Origin: Beijerinckiaceae bacterium
Lineage (GTDB): Bacteria > Pseudomonadota > Alphaproteobacteria > Rhizobiales > Beijerinckiaceae
Direction: 5' to 3'
DNA length: 64,000 bases
Assembly: GCA_947453205.1 (NCBI GenBank)
Contig: CANGFT010000002.1
Span: 55,884 to 119,883 of the forward strand
Positions within the stretch are counted from its first letter, which is position 1. Each line of letters starts with the position of its first letter. Under the pieces are notes generated by a model. That model was not told the origin of the DNA. It ran no database searches and was given only the letters and a program-made list of their open reading frames with translations. Positions 39,910-51,638 of this stretch are shown here, in pieces. Both the position numbers and the translations under genes were made by a program.

Positions 39910-41054
39910 GCCGCCGCCTGAACAGGTCCGCCCCTGACAAAGGCGTCGAGCAGATGCTCGCGCAGGAAACGCACCGCCGAAACGGCCAGCCCGTCGCCCA
40001 GGAGATGATAGGCCTCGTTATAGCGTACGGGCAGGATGTAATCGTCGGGCAGGCCCATGAGGCGCGCGGCCTCGCGCCCCGACAGGAGCCGCGTGCGCAC
40101 AAGCGCGCCGTCGACCACCATGATGAACTGGCGGCTCGATCCGCCGCCTGGCGTGCGCAGGCAGCCCGCGAGCCCGTCAAAGCGCACTTCGGCGCGCTGC
40201 GCCTTGTCGCCTTTTTCATCAAGGCGCGTGCGTCGATAGATCGTCCCGACCATGCGCAGGCCCGCAGCTCTGGCCGCATCGAGCTTGCGCAGATTGGCCT
40301 GCGACATGAGCCCGACGAGCCGCGCGGTCTCTTCGCGCGAGTGCCATGGCGCGTCGGCGGGGTTCTCCTCGATGAGATCGACAAGCCGCAGGTTGTGGGC
40401 GACAGGCGCGGGCAAAGACCACCAGCGCCAATGGGCCTTCGCGTCAGGCGGCAGCGCGGCGACGGCGCGCGTCAGGGCGGGGGAATGCCAGGGCGGGGCA
40501 GGCTCGCCGAGGGCTGCGCCCGCAAGATCCGCACGCACGCAAAGAACGAAGAGGCGCGGGCGCGACTGCGGCAGGAAATGCGCGGCGTCGATGGTGAGCG
40601 CGCCCACGGCATAACCCAGCGCCGCCAACGCCGTGATGAGCTGCGCGAAATCGGCGCCGCCATTGGAGGTCAGCGCGCCCAGGACATTTTCGATGACGAG
40701 CAACTTGGGCGCCCGGCCCTCGCCGCGCAATTCATCGATGATGCGACGGAAGCCGAAGAAGGCGCCGGAGCGCGCGCCCTTGAGCCCCGCCCCCTGCCCC
40801 GCGAGCGAGAGATCCTGACAGGGAAAGGAGGCCCAGGCGAGATCGGGCGCGCCCGGCAGGTCCGCCATGGTCAGCCCATGGATGTCGCCCACATGCATTT
40901 CGCCATCGCCCCAGTTGCGGCGATAGCTCTGCGCTTTTCCGGCGTCGAAATCATTGGCGAAGAGACAGCGCCAACCCTCTCCGAGCCCCGCGCGCGCCAT
41001 GCCGCCGCCCGCGAAGAATTCGTAGAAGGTGGGTTGGCCCGGAGTCTCCGTCAT
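39906..41054 (-). CDS. DNA (cytosine-5)-methyltransferase
   Basis: Motif I FFAGGG, IV FPCQ, VI ENV, VIII QSRPR and IX REAARL. Confidence 0.93.
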   Translation of the reverse strand: MTETPGQPTFYEFFAGGGMARAGLGEGWRCLFANDFDAGKAQSYRRNWGDGEMHVGDIHGLTMADLPGAPDLAWASFPCQDLSLAGQGAGLKGARSGAFFGFRRIIDELRGEGRAPKLLVIENVLGALTSNGGADFAQLITALAALGYAVGALTIDAAHFLPQSRPRLFVLCVRADLAGAALGEPAPPWHSPALTRAVAALPPDAKAHWRWWSLPAPVAHNLRLVDLIEENPADAPWHSREETARLVGLMSQANLRKLDAARAAGLRMVGTIYRRTRLDEKGDKAQRAEVRFDGLAGCLRTPGGGSSRQFIMVVDGALVRTRLLSGREAARLMGLPDDYILPVRYNEAYHLLGDGLAVSAVRFLREHLLDAFVRGGPVQAAA

Positions 41055-41069
41055 GTGCGGCGCAGAACC

Positions 41070-42587
41070 CTATTTCGCGTAAAGATCCTTGTAGGTGTCA
41101 CGCAGCACGTTCTTCTGCACCTTGCCCATGGTGTTGCGGGGAAGGTCGTCGACGAAGATCACGCGCTTGGGCTGCTTGAATTTCGCCAGCCGGTCTTCGA
41201 GCGCGGCGAGCACCGCCTTCTCGTCGATGGCCGCGGCCTTGTCGCGCACCACCACCGCCGTCACGCCCTCGCCGAAATCGGCATGGGCGAGACCGATGAC
41301 GGCGCTTTCGATGACGCCGGGCATGGCGTCGATCTCGTCCTCGACTTCCTTCGGATAGACGTTGAAGCCGCCGGTGATGACGAGATCCTTGCCGCGGCCG
41401 ACGATATGGACATAGCCGCGCTCGTCGATCTTGCCGAGATCGCCGGTGATGAAGAAGCCGTCGGCGCGGAACTCGGCCTGCGTCTTCTCGGGCATGCGCC
41501 AATAGCCCTTGAACACATTGGGGCCCTTCACCTCGATCATGCCGATCTCGCCCTGGGGCGTCGGCGCGCCGGTCTCGGGATCGCAGATGCGGGCTGAGAC
41601 GCCCGGCAGCGGCATGCCAACAGTGCCCGCCACGCGGTCGCCGTCATAGGGGTTCGAGGTGTTCATGTTGGTTTCGGTCATGCCGTAGCGTTCGAGGATC
41701 GCATGGCCCGTGCGGGCCCGCCATTCGCGGTGGGTTTCGGCGAGCAGCGGCGCCGAGCCTGAGATGAACAGGCGCATGTGGCCGGTCGTTTCGGGCGTGA
41801 GATCAGCGCGCTGCAGAAGGCGCGTGTAGAAGGTCGGCACGCCCATCATGGAGGTCGCGCGCGGCATCAGGCGCATGATGGCGTCGGGGTCGAGCTTGGG
41901 CAGGAAGAGCATGGTCCCGCCCGCCAGCAGCAGGGTGTTGGTCGCCACGAAGAGCCCGTGGGTGTGGTAGATCGGCAGGGCGTGGATCAGCACGTCAGAG
42001 GCGTTGAAGCGCCAGAAATCCACCAGCGTCAGCGCGTTGGACGCGAGGTTGTCATGGCTGAGCATGGCGCCCTTGGAGCGGCCCGTGGTGCCGGAGGTGT
42101 AGAGGATGGCGGCGAGATCGTCGGGGCCGCGCTCGACATCGCTGAACTGCGCTGAAGCGGCGGCCATGCGCTCAGCGAGCGTGCCGTCCAGATTGACGCC
42201 AAGCGTCTCGACATGGGCGACCTTCGCGCCCGCCGCAACGCTGGCCAGCTTGTCCCGGGTCGTGGGGTCGCAGACGAAGACGCGCGGCTCGGCGTCGCCC
42301 AGGAAATAGGCGATTTCATTGGGCGTATAGGCCGTGTTCAGGGGCAGGAAGACGGCGCCGGCCCGCAGGCAGGCGAGATAGAGCAGGATCGCCTCCGGCG
42401 ACTTCTCGACCTGCACCGCCACCCGGTCCCCGGCCACGACGCCGAGCCCCGCCAGAACATTGGCGAGCCGCGCGGAGCCCGCATCAAGGTCCGCATAGCT
42501 GATGAGGCGGCCATCATGGTTTTCGATGAAGGTCTTGGCGCCCTCGGGCATGCGGCGGCGGATGATGTCGTAGAGATAAGCGGCCAT
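41070..42587 (-). CDS. matB: Malonyl-CoA synthetase
   Basis: YTSGTTGRSKGAMLSH, HALPIYHTHGLFV, ERYGMTET and LPRNTMGKVQK. Confidence 0.92.
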   Translation of the reverse strand: MAAYLYDIIRRRMPEGAKTFIENHDGRLISYADLDAGSARLANVLAGLGVVAGDRVAVQVEKSPEAILLYLACLRAGAVFLPLNTAYTPNEIAYFLGDAEPRVFVCDPTTRDKLASVAAGAKVAHVETLGVNLDGTLAERMAAASAQFSDVERGPDDLAAILYTSGTTGRSKGAMLSHDNLASNALTLVDFWRFNASDVLIHALPIYHTHGLFVATNTLLLAGGTMLFLPKLDPDAIMRLMPRATSMMGVPTFYTRLLQRADLTPETTGHMRLFISGSAPLLAETHREWRARTGHAILERYGMTETNMNTSNPYDGDRVAGTVGMPLPGVSARICDPETGAPTPQGEIGMIEVKGPNVFKGYWRMPEKTQAEFRADGFFITGDLGKIDERGYVHIVGRGKDLVITGGFNVYPKEVEDEIDAMPGVIESAVIGLAHADFGEGVTAVVVRDKAAAIDEKAVLAALEDRLAKFKQPKRVIFVDDLPRNTMGKVQKNVLRDTYKDLYAK

Positions 42588-42613
42588 GTCGATCGTCCAG
42601 TGCTCGGATGAGC

Positions 42614-43975
42614 CTAGTTGGACGAGCCCGGCGAAACTTGCAAGCGTGAACGCCCATTGCCCCGCAACATGCGGCGCACGGCGCTGGAGGCGGCCACTTC
42701 CTTCTTGTTGGCGTAGGCCTCGTGGTTCGCCTCGATCTCCTCGAGGTCATAGAGATAGTTGACCATCAGCCCCGCCCCGTCGCGCAGGGCCTTGGGCGAG
42801 AGGTCGCCCATGTAATTGATGCGCTCAAGCCTTGCGCCATTGCCCAGATGGAAACGCGCCACCGGATCGCGCGGGCGGCCATTCGCGCCCTTGGCGTGCA
42901 GGAAATAGTCCGCAGCAAGGCTCTCGACCCCCTTGCGCAGGGCCTCGGGCCGTCCGGCCTCATGCGCCCAGGCGGGGTCGGCGAGGAGGGCGGCGATCTG
43001 GCGATCCTCCTCGGGCAGGGCCTGCGCCTCGCCGCCCAGCCATTTCATGAAGCCGGGGACGGGCGACAGGGTCACGAAGTTCTCGAGCCGCGGCAATTCG
43101 CGACGCAGCTCCTCGACCACCTGCTTGATGAGAAAATTGCCAAAGGAGATGCCGTCGAGGCCGCGCTGGCAGTTGGAGATGGAATAGAACACCGCTGTGC
43201 GCGCGCGGCTGAGCTCGGCGACCTCGCGCGTCGCCGCCAGCAGGGGCGCGATGGCGTTGGGGATCTGGTCGGTCAGCGCGACCTCGACGAAGATCAGGGG
43301 GTCATCGACCAGCGCCGGGTGGAAGAAGGCGTAGCAGCGCCGGTCCACGGGATCGATGCGGCTGCGCAGGTCGTCCCAGTCGCGGATGGCGTGGACAGCC
43401 TCGTAGCGGATGATCTTCTCAAGCACGCTGGCCGAGGTCGACCAGTCGATGCGGCGCAGCACGAGAAAGCCCCGGTTGAACCAGGACGCCAGCAGATGGG
43501 CGAAGTCCCGGTCGACGGTGGCCAGATCCTCCTGCCCGTTCTTGAAGTCCAGCAAGTCCTGACGCATGCGCACCAGACCCGCCGTGCCGCCGGGGGCCCG
43601 GTTGATGCGGCGGAACAGTTCCTGCCGACGCGGCTCGGCGGCGAAATGCAGCTCCGTGCCCGTGCGCCCGCAGGGATCGCGTCGCCAGTCCTCCACCGCG
43701 CGGGCCAGCCTGTCGGGATCAGCGCCGAAGCGAGCGGCCAAAGCCTCGAAAAAGGTCAGCCGCGCAGGCGGGTCGAGCCGCGCATAGCCATCCAGCGCCT
43801 CGCGGGCCAAAGCCACGCCAGAGGCCTCGCCCCGGCCTGACAGAACGGCCTCGCAAAGCTCGATGACGGAGGCGGCGCGGCGCAGCGGATCGACATCCAG
43901 CTCCCGGCGGCCGAGCAGGTTGCGCCCCCGTTCGGAGATGCTCGTCAGCAGATCGGAGAAGAAGGCCGTGTTCAT
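42614..43975 (-). CDS. Malonyl-CoA decarboxylase
   Basis: SWFNRGFL, LEKIIRYEAVH, FYSISNCQ.GL.GISFGNFLIKQV, FVTLSPVPGF and DPVARFHLGNGA. Confidence 0.93.
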   Translation of the reverse strand: MNTAFFSDLLTSISERGRNLLGRRELDVDPLRRAASVIELCEAVLSGRGEASGVALAREALDGYARLDPPARLTFFEALAARFGADPDRLARAVEDWRRDPCGRTGTELHFAAEPRRQELFRRINRAPGGTAGLVRMRQDLLDFKNGQEDLATVDRDFAHLLASWFNRGFLVLRRIDWSTSASVLEKIIRYEAVHAIRDWDDLRSRIDPVDRRCYAFFHPALVDDPLIFVEVALTDQIPNAIAPLLAATREVAELSRARTAVFYSISNCQRGLDGISFGNFLIKQVVEELRRELPRLENFVTLSPVPGFMKWLGGEAQALPEEDRQIAALLADPAWAHEAGRPEALRKGVESLAADYFLHAKGANGRPRDPVARFHLGNGARLERINYMGDLSPKALRDGAGLMVNYLYDLEEIEANHEAYANKKEVAASSAVRRMLRGNGRSRLQVSPGSSN

Positions 43976-44126
43976 GGACTGACCCAATCTCGGAAACCAG
44001 TCCTGAGAGACTAATGACATGCGCCGCCCCGGTCCATACCTCAGGGAATGGACGGCCAAAAGCCCGTCCCGCCCCGACCACAACCCTTCAGGCCGCGCCT
44101 GGTTCCCGGCTTCGGCGGGGGGATTG

Positions 44127-44174
44127 TTGACAAAAGGGAGCCAAGACCCAAATATGTAACCAAGGCTACATATT
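44127..44174 (+). promoter_or_regulatory. mntH promoter (-35 TTGACA) with overlapping MntR-like palindromic operator
   Basis: TTGACA at 44127; AATATGTAACC-AA-GGCTACATATT at 44151-44174 (10/11 arm symmetry). Confidence 0.65.
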
Positions 44175-44198
44175 CGGGCGAAGGCGAACAGTCACGCC

Positions 44199-45508
<1,310 letters not shown>

Positions 45509-45512
<4 letters not shown>

Positions 45513-45712
45513 GGAGTCGAGGGCTCGGGGACAGGATTGCCCACACACTGCGCAGCGGCGATCCACGCGAGGATGGCGCACCGCAGTTCACTTGCGGCTT
45601 CCTCTGGTGTCTCACCAAAGGCCGAACAACCCGGCAAGTCCGGCGCAAGCGCTATGAAGCCTCCATCCTCATCGCTCCTGAACACTTCCAATCGGTAACG
45701 CGATGCGTCCAT
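45509..45712 (-). CDS. HicB-like antitoxin (short form without DNA-binding domain)
   Basis: YRLEVF...EDGGFIA..PDLPGCSAFGETPEEA...W...GNPVPEP. Confidence 0.75.
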
Positions 45713-45722
45713 GAGCGTCCCC

Positions 45723-46130
<408 letters not shown>

Positions 46131-46137
46131 CTTGTCC

Positions 46138-47826
46138 TCACTTCACCAGAGACACGTTGAGAATGGCGGTGCGGCCTTCGGCGAGCGCCGCCAGAGCGCC
46201 CTCGAAAGCGCTGCGCAGTTCGGCGGCGGTCTTCGCCTTGGCGCCGAAGAAGCCGAAATGACAGCCAAGCTCGTCATATTCCGGCCCCTCGATATGGACG
46301 CCATGGTGCGAATCCGTCGCGACCGCCGCGCCTTGCGGATAATAGAGCACATGGCCCTTGCGCATGGCCTCGTAGCGGCCGTTGTTGCAGACCACGATGA
46401 GGATCGGCAGGTCATAGGCCTTGGCCGCGCCGAAGGCCTGGATGATGGGATTGTAGAGGAACGATCCATCACCCACGAAAAGGACCACCGGACGGTCCCG
46501 CGCCGCAAGCTTCGCCCCCAGCGCCGCGCCGATTCCCTGCCCCAGCGCGCCCCCCGTGACGCGGAAGAAGCTCTGGGGATGGTTGATCGGCAGATGCGGC
46601 CGCATCTGCGGCATATGGGTGATGGTCTCGTCCACATAGATCGTATCGGACGGCAGCATCTCCCGCGCCACCGCAGCCAGTGCGACGCAGTCGAGCCCAT
46701 CCGCCTTGAGCGAATCAGCCCGCGCCTTTTCAAGACGGGCCGTGAAGGCCGCATTGGCGCTGGTCCAGCGCGCCGTGCGTTCGCCCACCACATCGGGCTC
46801 GCAACGCGCCGCGCCCGCAAGCAGGGTCAGCGCGCTCGCCATGTCGCCTTCAAGATAGAGGTCGGCGTGGAGGTTCTGATAGGCGAGGTGGTGCTTCAGC
46901 GGGTTCTCGCCGATGGAGACGATCTTGCCCTTGCCCGGCCTTTTGTGGGCGGGATACCAGGGCGCCTTGCCGCCCACGAGCAGAATGAGGTCGGCGCCTT
47001 CAAGATGCTCATAGGTCTGGAAGCCCAGCCAGAGCGGATGGTCCTGCGGAAAGCTCGCATAGGTGCTGGCGCGCGCCGAGATCACGGGGGCGCCGAGGCT
47101 TTCGGCCAGAGCCACGAGCCCATGGAAGGCGGCGGGGTCGCGGCCGGAGATTTCGACGACGATGACGGGATTGCTGGCCGCGCGCGCCAGCGCCGCCACC
47201 GCCTCGATGTCCTGCCGGGGCGCCTGCGTGCGCGGGGCGGGAGCGGCCGGGCGCAGATCGTCCGGCTTGCTCCAGGGCTGCATCATCGCTTCAAGGGACA
47301 TGTTGAGATAGACCGGCCCCTGCGGCGTGCGCTGGGCCATTTCGCCCGCGCGCAGCACGGCCTGATGGATGTTGGAGGCATGGGTGACCTGCCCCGCCCA
47401 TTTCACCAGGGGCTGGATCATGCGATGGGCGCCGCCGACGCTCACCCCGCCATACCACTGGGGCTCCATGGCGATCTCCGGATCTTCGCCGAAGGTGGTG
47501 GATTCGCCGGACATGACGACCAGGGGAATCTCGGCCTGAGTGGCGCTGAGCACCGCCATGGAGCCATGCATGAGGCCGACGCCCGCATGGATCAGCACCG
47601 CCTGCGGGCGCCCAGTATAGGCCGTGTAGCCCATGGCCATGTCGACCGCGAGGGTCTCGTGCCAGCAATCAATGAAGGTGGGTCCGGAAGCGCCCTCGAC
47701 CTTCTGGCGCGCCATGGCCTCCCAGACAGGGCTCCATTCGGAGCCCGGGGAGGACAGGATGTAGTCCACGGAAAGATTGCGAAGAGCCTCGACAATCGCC
47801 TCGCCGCCGTCATGGTAGTTCTTCAC
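46138..47826 (-). CDS. Thiamine pyrophosphate-dependent enzyme
   Basis: HETLAVDMAMGY, GALGQGIGAALG and GDGSFLYN...NNG. Confidence 0.9.
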   Translation of the reverse strand: MKNYHDGGEAIVEALRNLSVDYILSSPGSEWSPVWEAMARQKVEGASGPTFIDCWHETLAVDMAMGYTAYTGRPQAVLIHAGVGLMHGSMAVLSATQAEIPLVVMSGESTTFGEDPEIAMEPQWYGGVSVGGAHRMIQPLVKWAGQVTHASNIHQAVLRAGEMAQRTPQGPVYLNMSLEAMMQPWSKPDDLRPAAPAPRTQAPRQDIEAVAALARAASNPVIVVEISGRDPAAFHGLVALAESLGAPVISARASTYASFPQDHPLWLGFQTYEHLEGADLILLVGGKAPWYPAHKRPGKGKIVSIGENPLKHHLAYQNLHADLYLEGDMASALTLLAGAARCEPDVVGERTARWTSANAAFTARLEKARADSLKADGLDCVALAAVAREMLPSDTIYVDETITHMPQMRPHLPINHPQSFFRVTGGALGQGIGAALGAKLAARDRPVVLFVGDGSFLYNPIIQAFGAAKAYDLPILIVVCNNGRYEAMRKGHVLYYPQGAAVATDSHHGVHIEGPEYDELGCHFGFFGAKAKTAAELRSAFEGALAALAEGRTAILNVSLVK

Positions 47827-47909
47827 GCGCTTCCCCCTGTGGTTGGCCGCAATCGGGCGGCTGGGGAATTAGAGCGATTTCAGCGCCCGAGGCAACAGGC
47901 GCGTGATCG

Positions 47910-49055
47910 CTAATCCAGCGTCTGCCTGAACCGGCGCACCGCGATGGTCATGGCGATCAGCATCAGGCCGGCCAGCCAGAGCCCGTCCTGCTGGAGGTCG
48001 GCGAGGTCGGAGCCTTTCAGCATGATGCCGCGGACGATGCGGATGTAATGGGTGAGCGGGAGACATTCGCCGATCCACTGCGCCCAGACCGGCATGCCCG
48101 CAAAGGGGAACATGAAGCCTGACAGCAGAATGTTCGGCAGGAAGAACATCATCGCCATCTGCACGGCCTGCAGCTGGTTCTGGGCCAGCGTCGAGAAAGT
48201 GTAGCCGATGGAGAGATTGGCCGCGATGAAGAGGGTGGAGAGCGCCGCCAGCAAGGCAAGGCTGCCCAGCATCGGCACGCCGAAGACGAAGACGCCTGCC
48301 GAGATGATGAGCGTCGCCTGCAGAAAGCCAACCACCACATAGGGCGCGATCTTGCCCAGCATGATCTCCAGCGGGCGGATGGGCATGGCGAGCAGGCTCT
48401 CCATCGTGCCCCGCTCGACCTCGCGCGTCACCGAAAGCGCGGTGAAGATCAGCATGGTCATGGTGAGGATGGTGCCGAGCAGCCCCGGCACGATGTTGAG
48501 CTGGGAAGAGCCTGCAGGATTGAAACGCCGGTGCTGGCGGATTTCAAATGCGGGTTGCGCAGGGGGGCTGACGCCGGTGACGCGGTCGCGGCTCAGAGCA
48601 CTGTGCACCACGCCCTCCAGCGCGGCGAGCGCCGAGCCCGCCGCCACAGGATCGGTCGCGTCGGCGGAGACCAGCATGGCCGGCGTCTCGCCGCGCCGCA
48701 GCGCCCGCTCGAAACCTGCGGGGATCTCGACGGCGAAGAGCACGGCGCCCGAGCGCAGCAGCGATTCAACCTCCGCCTCGCTCGTCGCGACCTTGCGGAT
48801 GTCGAAAAAGGCCGTGTTGCGCAGGGCCGCCAGAATGGAGCGGCCGACGTCGGTGTTCTCCTGCAGCAGCACGGCGGTGGGCAGATCGCGCGGGGTCGTG
48901 TTGATGGCGAAGCCGAAGAGGAAGAGCTGCATCAGGGGCACGGAGACCATCGTGGCGAGCGTGACGCGATCGCGCCCCAGCTGGATGAGCTCCTTCATCA
49001 GCATGGCGTAGAAGCGCGAGAGGGCGCCGCGCGCGCGGGCGGGGAGGAGGCTCAT
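47910..49055 (-). CDS. ABC-2 type efflux permease (YbhS-like)
   Basis: KELIQLGRDR, IVPGLLG, REVERGTME.LL and LLSGFMFP. Confidence 0.9.
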   Translation of the reverse strand: MSLLPARARGALSRFYAMLMKELIQLGRDRVTLATMVSVPLMQLFLFGFAINTTPRDLPTAVLLQENTDVGRSILAALRNTAFFDIRKVATSEAEVESLLRSGAVLFAVEIPAGFERALRRGETPAMLVSADATDPVAAGSALAALEGVVHSALSRDRVTGVSPPAQPAFEIRQHRRFNPAGSSQLNIVPGLLGTILTMTMLIFTALSVTREVERGTMESLLAMPIRPLEIMLGKIAPYVVVGFLQATLIISAGVFVFGVPMLGSLALLAALSTLFIAANLSIGYTFSTLAQNQLQAVQMAMMFFLPNILLSGFMFPFAGMPVWAQWIGECLPLTHYIRIVRGIMLKGSDLADLQQDGLWLAGLMLIAMTIAVRRFRQTLD

Positions 49056-49999
49056 GGGGCGTCATCCCCGAAATCGTCGCGCTTGCGGTTCATGAGGTCA
49101 ATGAAGACATCCTCGAGGGTGGGCTCGTCGGCGCGCCAGACATAGCGCGGATCGCTGCGCCAGGGGGCGATGGCGGCCTCCACCGCCGCATGGTCGCGCC
49201 CGCCCACATGCAGGCTCGCCCCGAAGGGCGCGACGAGTTCAAGGCCGGGCTGTTTCGCCAGCGCCTGCGCGAGGGCGCGCAGATCCTCGCCGCTCACGCG
49301 CCAGGTGCTCAGGCCCGCGCCGCGCACCACATCCTCCACGGGCCCATGGGCCAGCAATTCGCCATAGGCGATATAGGCGATCTCGTGGCAACGCTCGGCC
49401 TCGTCCATGTAATGGGTGGAGACGAGCACGGTGAGCCCCTCGGCGGACAGTCCATGGATCTCGTTCCAGAAATCGCGCCGCGCCTTGGGATCGACGCCCG
49501 CCGTCGGCTCGTCGAGCAACAGAAGATCGGGCCTTGGCAGGATGCAGGCGCCCAGCGCGAGGCGCTGTTTCCAGCCGCCCGAAAGCTCGCCCGCGAGCTG
49601 GTCCTCGCGGCCCCTCAGTCCCAGCCTGTCGATGGCCTCGCTCGCGGCGCCGCGCGGATCGGCGAGGCCGAAGACGCGGCCGACGAATTCGAGATTCTCG
49701 CGGATGGAGAGATCCTGATAGAGCGAGAACCGCTGGGTCATATAGCCGACGCGCGGCTTGATGAGACGGCTCTGGGTGCGGATGTCATAGCCCAGACATG
49801 TCCCCGAGCCGCCGTCGGGCGTCAGCAGGCCGCACAACATGCGGATGGTCGTGGTCTTGCCCGAACCATTGGGGCCTAGAAATCCATAGATCTGCCCGCG
49901 CCGCACCTGAAGGGTGAGGTTTTTCACCACCGTGCGCGCGCCGAAGGTCTTGGTCAGGCCCGCCACATCGATCACGATGTCAGGCGCCGCCTGCCTCAC
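49052..49999 (-). CDS. ABC efflux ATP-binding protein (YbhF-like)
   Basis: GPNGSGKTT, LSGGWKQRL, LLDEPTAGVDP and STHYMDEAE. Confidence 0.92.
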   Translation of the reverse strand: MRQAAPDIVIDVAGLTKTFGARTVVKNLTLQVRRGQIYGFLGPNGSGKTTTIRMLCGLLTPDGGSGTCLGYDIRTQSRLIKPRVGYMTQRFSLYQDLSIRENLEFVGRVFGLADPRGAASEAIDRLGLRGREDQLAGELSGGWKQRLALGACILPRPDLLLLDEPTAGVDPKARRDFWNEIHGLSAEGLTVLVSTHYMDEAERCHEIAYIAYGELLAHGPVEDVVRGAGLSTWRVSGEDLRALAQALAKQPGLELVAPFGASLHVGGRDHAAVEAAIAPWRSDPRYVWRADEPTLEDVFIDLMNRKRDDFGDDAP

Positions 50000-50994
50000 G
50001 GGGCGAGCTCCACAGTCACGGGTTGGCCGACCCGCAGGCGCCCGGGCTGATCGGGCCGGGCCTCGATCTTGTAGACGAGCTTGTGGCGCTCCTCGAGGGA
50101 GTAGATCACGGGCGGGGTGAACTCCGCCTGCTGGGCGATGAAGCTCACGCGGCCCGTCAGCCCGGCCTCACAGCCATCGCAGGTGATGGAGACCGCGCCG
50201 TTGATGGCGATGCGCGGCAGGACATCCTGCGGCGCGAAGAAGCGCACCTTGACGTTTTCGGGCGGCAGCAGCGAGACCACCGGCCGACCCTGGGGGGCGA
50301 CCTCGCCCTGCCGGTAATAGATCTCTTCGATGCGGCCGCCGGCCTGCGCCATGACGCGGGTGCGCGCGGCCCTCGCCTGCGCATTGGCGAGGGAGGCCTG
50401 CGCGCCCTCCACAGCGTAGCGGGCGGCGTCGATGTCCTCGCGCCGACCGCTGAGGCGGGCGACCTCGATCTGGCGGTTGATATAGTCGAGCACGGCGCGG
50501 TCGCGGTCGTAATTGGCCTGCGCCTGATCGAGCTGCTGGCGCGTCGAGACGCCCTTCTCCACCAGCGGACGCACGCGGGCGATCTCCGAGGTGGTGAACT
50601 CCAGCGCCGCCTGCGCCTGATTGCGGCTGGCCTCAAGGACCGCGATCTCTTCGGGGCGCTGCTGGGCGGCCTCGATGCGCGCGAGGCGGGCCTTCGCCTG
50701 ATCGAGCGCGGCCTTGGCGGCCTCGACCTCGGCGGTCTGGACGGCGGAATCGACGGCGAAGAGGAAATCCCCCGCCTTCACCTGCCGCCCCTCAGAAACC
50801 GCAAGCTCGGTCACGCGGCCGGAATCCTCAGGGCCGATGAACATGAAATCGCCCTCGACCCAGCCCTGATGGCCGCGCTGCGCGGGCTTGCAGCCCAGGA
50901 GCGTGAAGAGGGGCGCGGCGAGGGCGAGGCCGCAGGCGAGCGCCCGGTAAGGAAATCGATGGCCTTCGCGATCAATGACCGAAATATCGGGCAA
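49996..50994 (-). CDS. HlyD family efflux adaptor (YbhG-like), start uncertain
   Basis: QGWVEGD, coiled-coil hairpin and IAQQAEFTPPVIYS. Confidence 0.88.
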   Translation of the reverse strand: MPDISVIDREGHRFPYRALACGLALAAPLFTLLGCKPAQRGHQGWVEGDFMFIGPEDSGRVTELAVSEGRQVKAGDFLFAVDSAVQTAEVEAAKAALDQAKARLARIEAAQQRPEEIAVLEASRNQAQAALEFTTSEIARVRPLVEKGVSTRQQLDQAQANYDRDRAVLDYINRQIEVARLSGRREDIDAARYAVEGAQASLANAQARAARTRVMAQAGGRIEEIYYRQGEVAPQGRPVVSLLPPENVKVRFFAPQDVLPRIAINGAVSITCDGCEAGLTGRVSFIAQQAEFTPPVIYSLEERHKLVYKIEARPDQPGRLRVGQPVTVELAP

Positions 50995-51253
50995 TGCCGG
51001 CCGCCACGAAGATCGCGATGACAAACCCGATCAATTGAACGGTGGTGGGCATGGCGTCGGCCTTGCCACGCAGATAGCTCAGATCAACCAGAACCTTTTT
51101 CAGGTCTGCCTTGATCTCCTTCATATCTGCTTCGAGGGCGGCGACGCGAGGTTCCATCCCGTCATAAGTGCCGCCTCCACCGCCCGAATTCAAGGGGGAA
51201 TCGTCACGGGTCAGGCGCACGACGTTGCTGTCAGAGCCGCGATCAACCTTCAT
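50972..51253 (-). CDS. Hypothetical coiled-coil protein with C-terminal TM helix
   Basis: GGGGGTYDGMEPRVAALEADMKEIKADL followed by a hydrophobic LIGFVIAIFVAAGI. Confidence 0.65.
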   Translation of the reverse strand: MKVDRGSDSNVVRLTRDDSPLNSGGGGGTYDGMEPRVAALEADMKEIKADLKKVLVDLSYLRGKADAMPTTVQLIGFVIAIFVAAGIARYFGH

Positions 51254-51557
51254 GGGCTAACCTCGCCTGTAAAAATTTACGATCGAGCAATTTAGTGTTC
51301 CCGCAACTCAAGCACGTGAGGGCGACGCAAAATCGAACAGCCAATGCGAAAGATGGGTTTTCCAAATCATAGAAAGGCAGGCAGGGCGCTGACACCCCAG
51401 CAGACTGCAAACTAAATTGGTCCTGCAAGCAAATCTCGCATTTGAATTGCGGGTTTAGATCGAGCAACAGGCTCTTGAGACTCTCGAAATCGAGGCTCTC
51501 CGAATCGGTGGCGACGGGAGCCCCAGCAGGAGCCTTCAAGTCCTGATCGTCATCCAT
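51243..51557 (-). CDS. Hypothetical Zn-ribbon-like protein
   Basis: CEIC...CLSCG; AT-richer than flanking genes. Confidence 0.6.
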   Translation of the reverse strand: MDDDQDLKAPAGAPVATDSESLDFESLKSLLLDLNPQFKCEICLQDQFSLQSAGVSAPCLPFYDLENPSFALAVRFCVALTCLSCGNTKLLDRKFLQARLAHEG

Positions 51558-51638
51558 TGATGAGCCCCAAAAGCAAAGTTCATGCTAAAAGACACACAAT
51601 GGAAGCGAAGATTTGTCAAGTTTATGTAGAATCCAGCC

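Noticed and set aside
39520-41054. Restriction-modification defence system
   Set aside because: No restriction endonuclease; Vsr is a repair nuclease
41070-43975. matB plus malonyl-CoA decarboxylase as a novel system
   Set aside because: This is the known rhizobial malonate utilisation pair
47910-50994. HlyD-ABC-permease operon
   Set aside because: Ordinary YbhGFS-like efflux module
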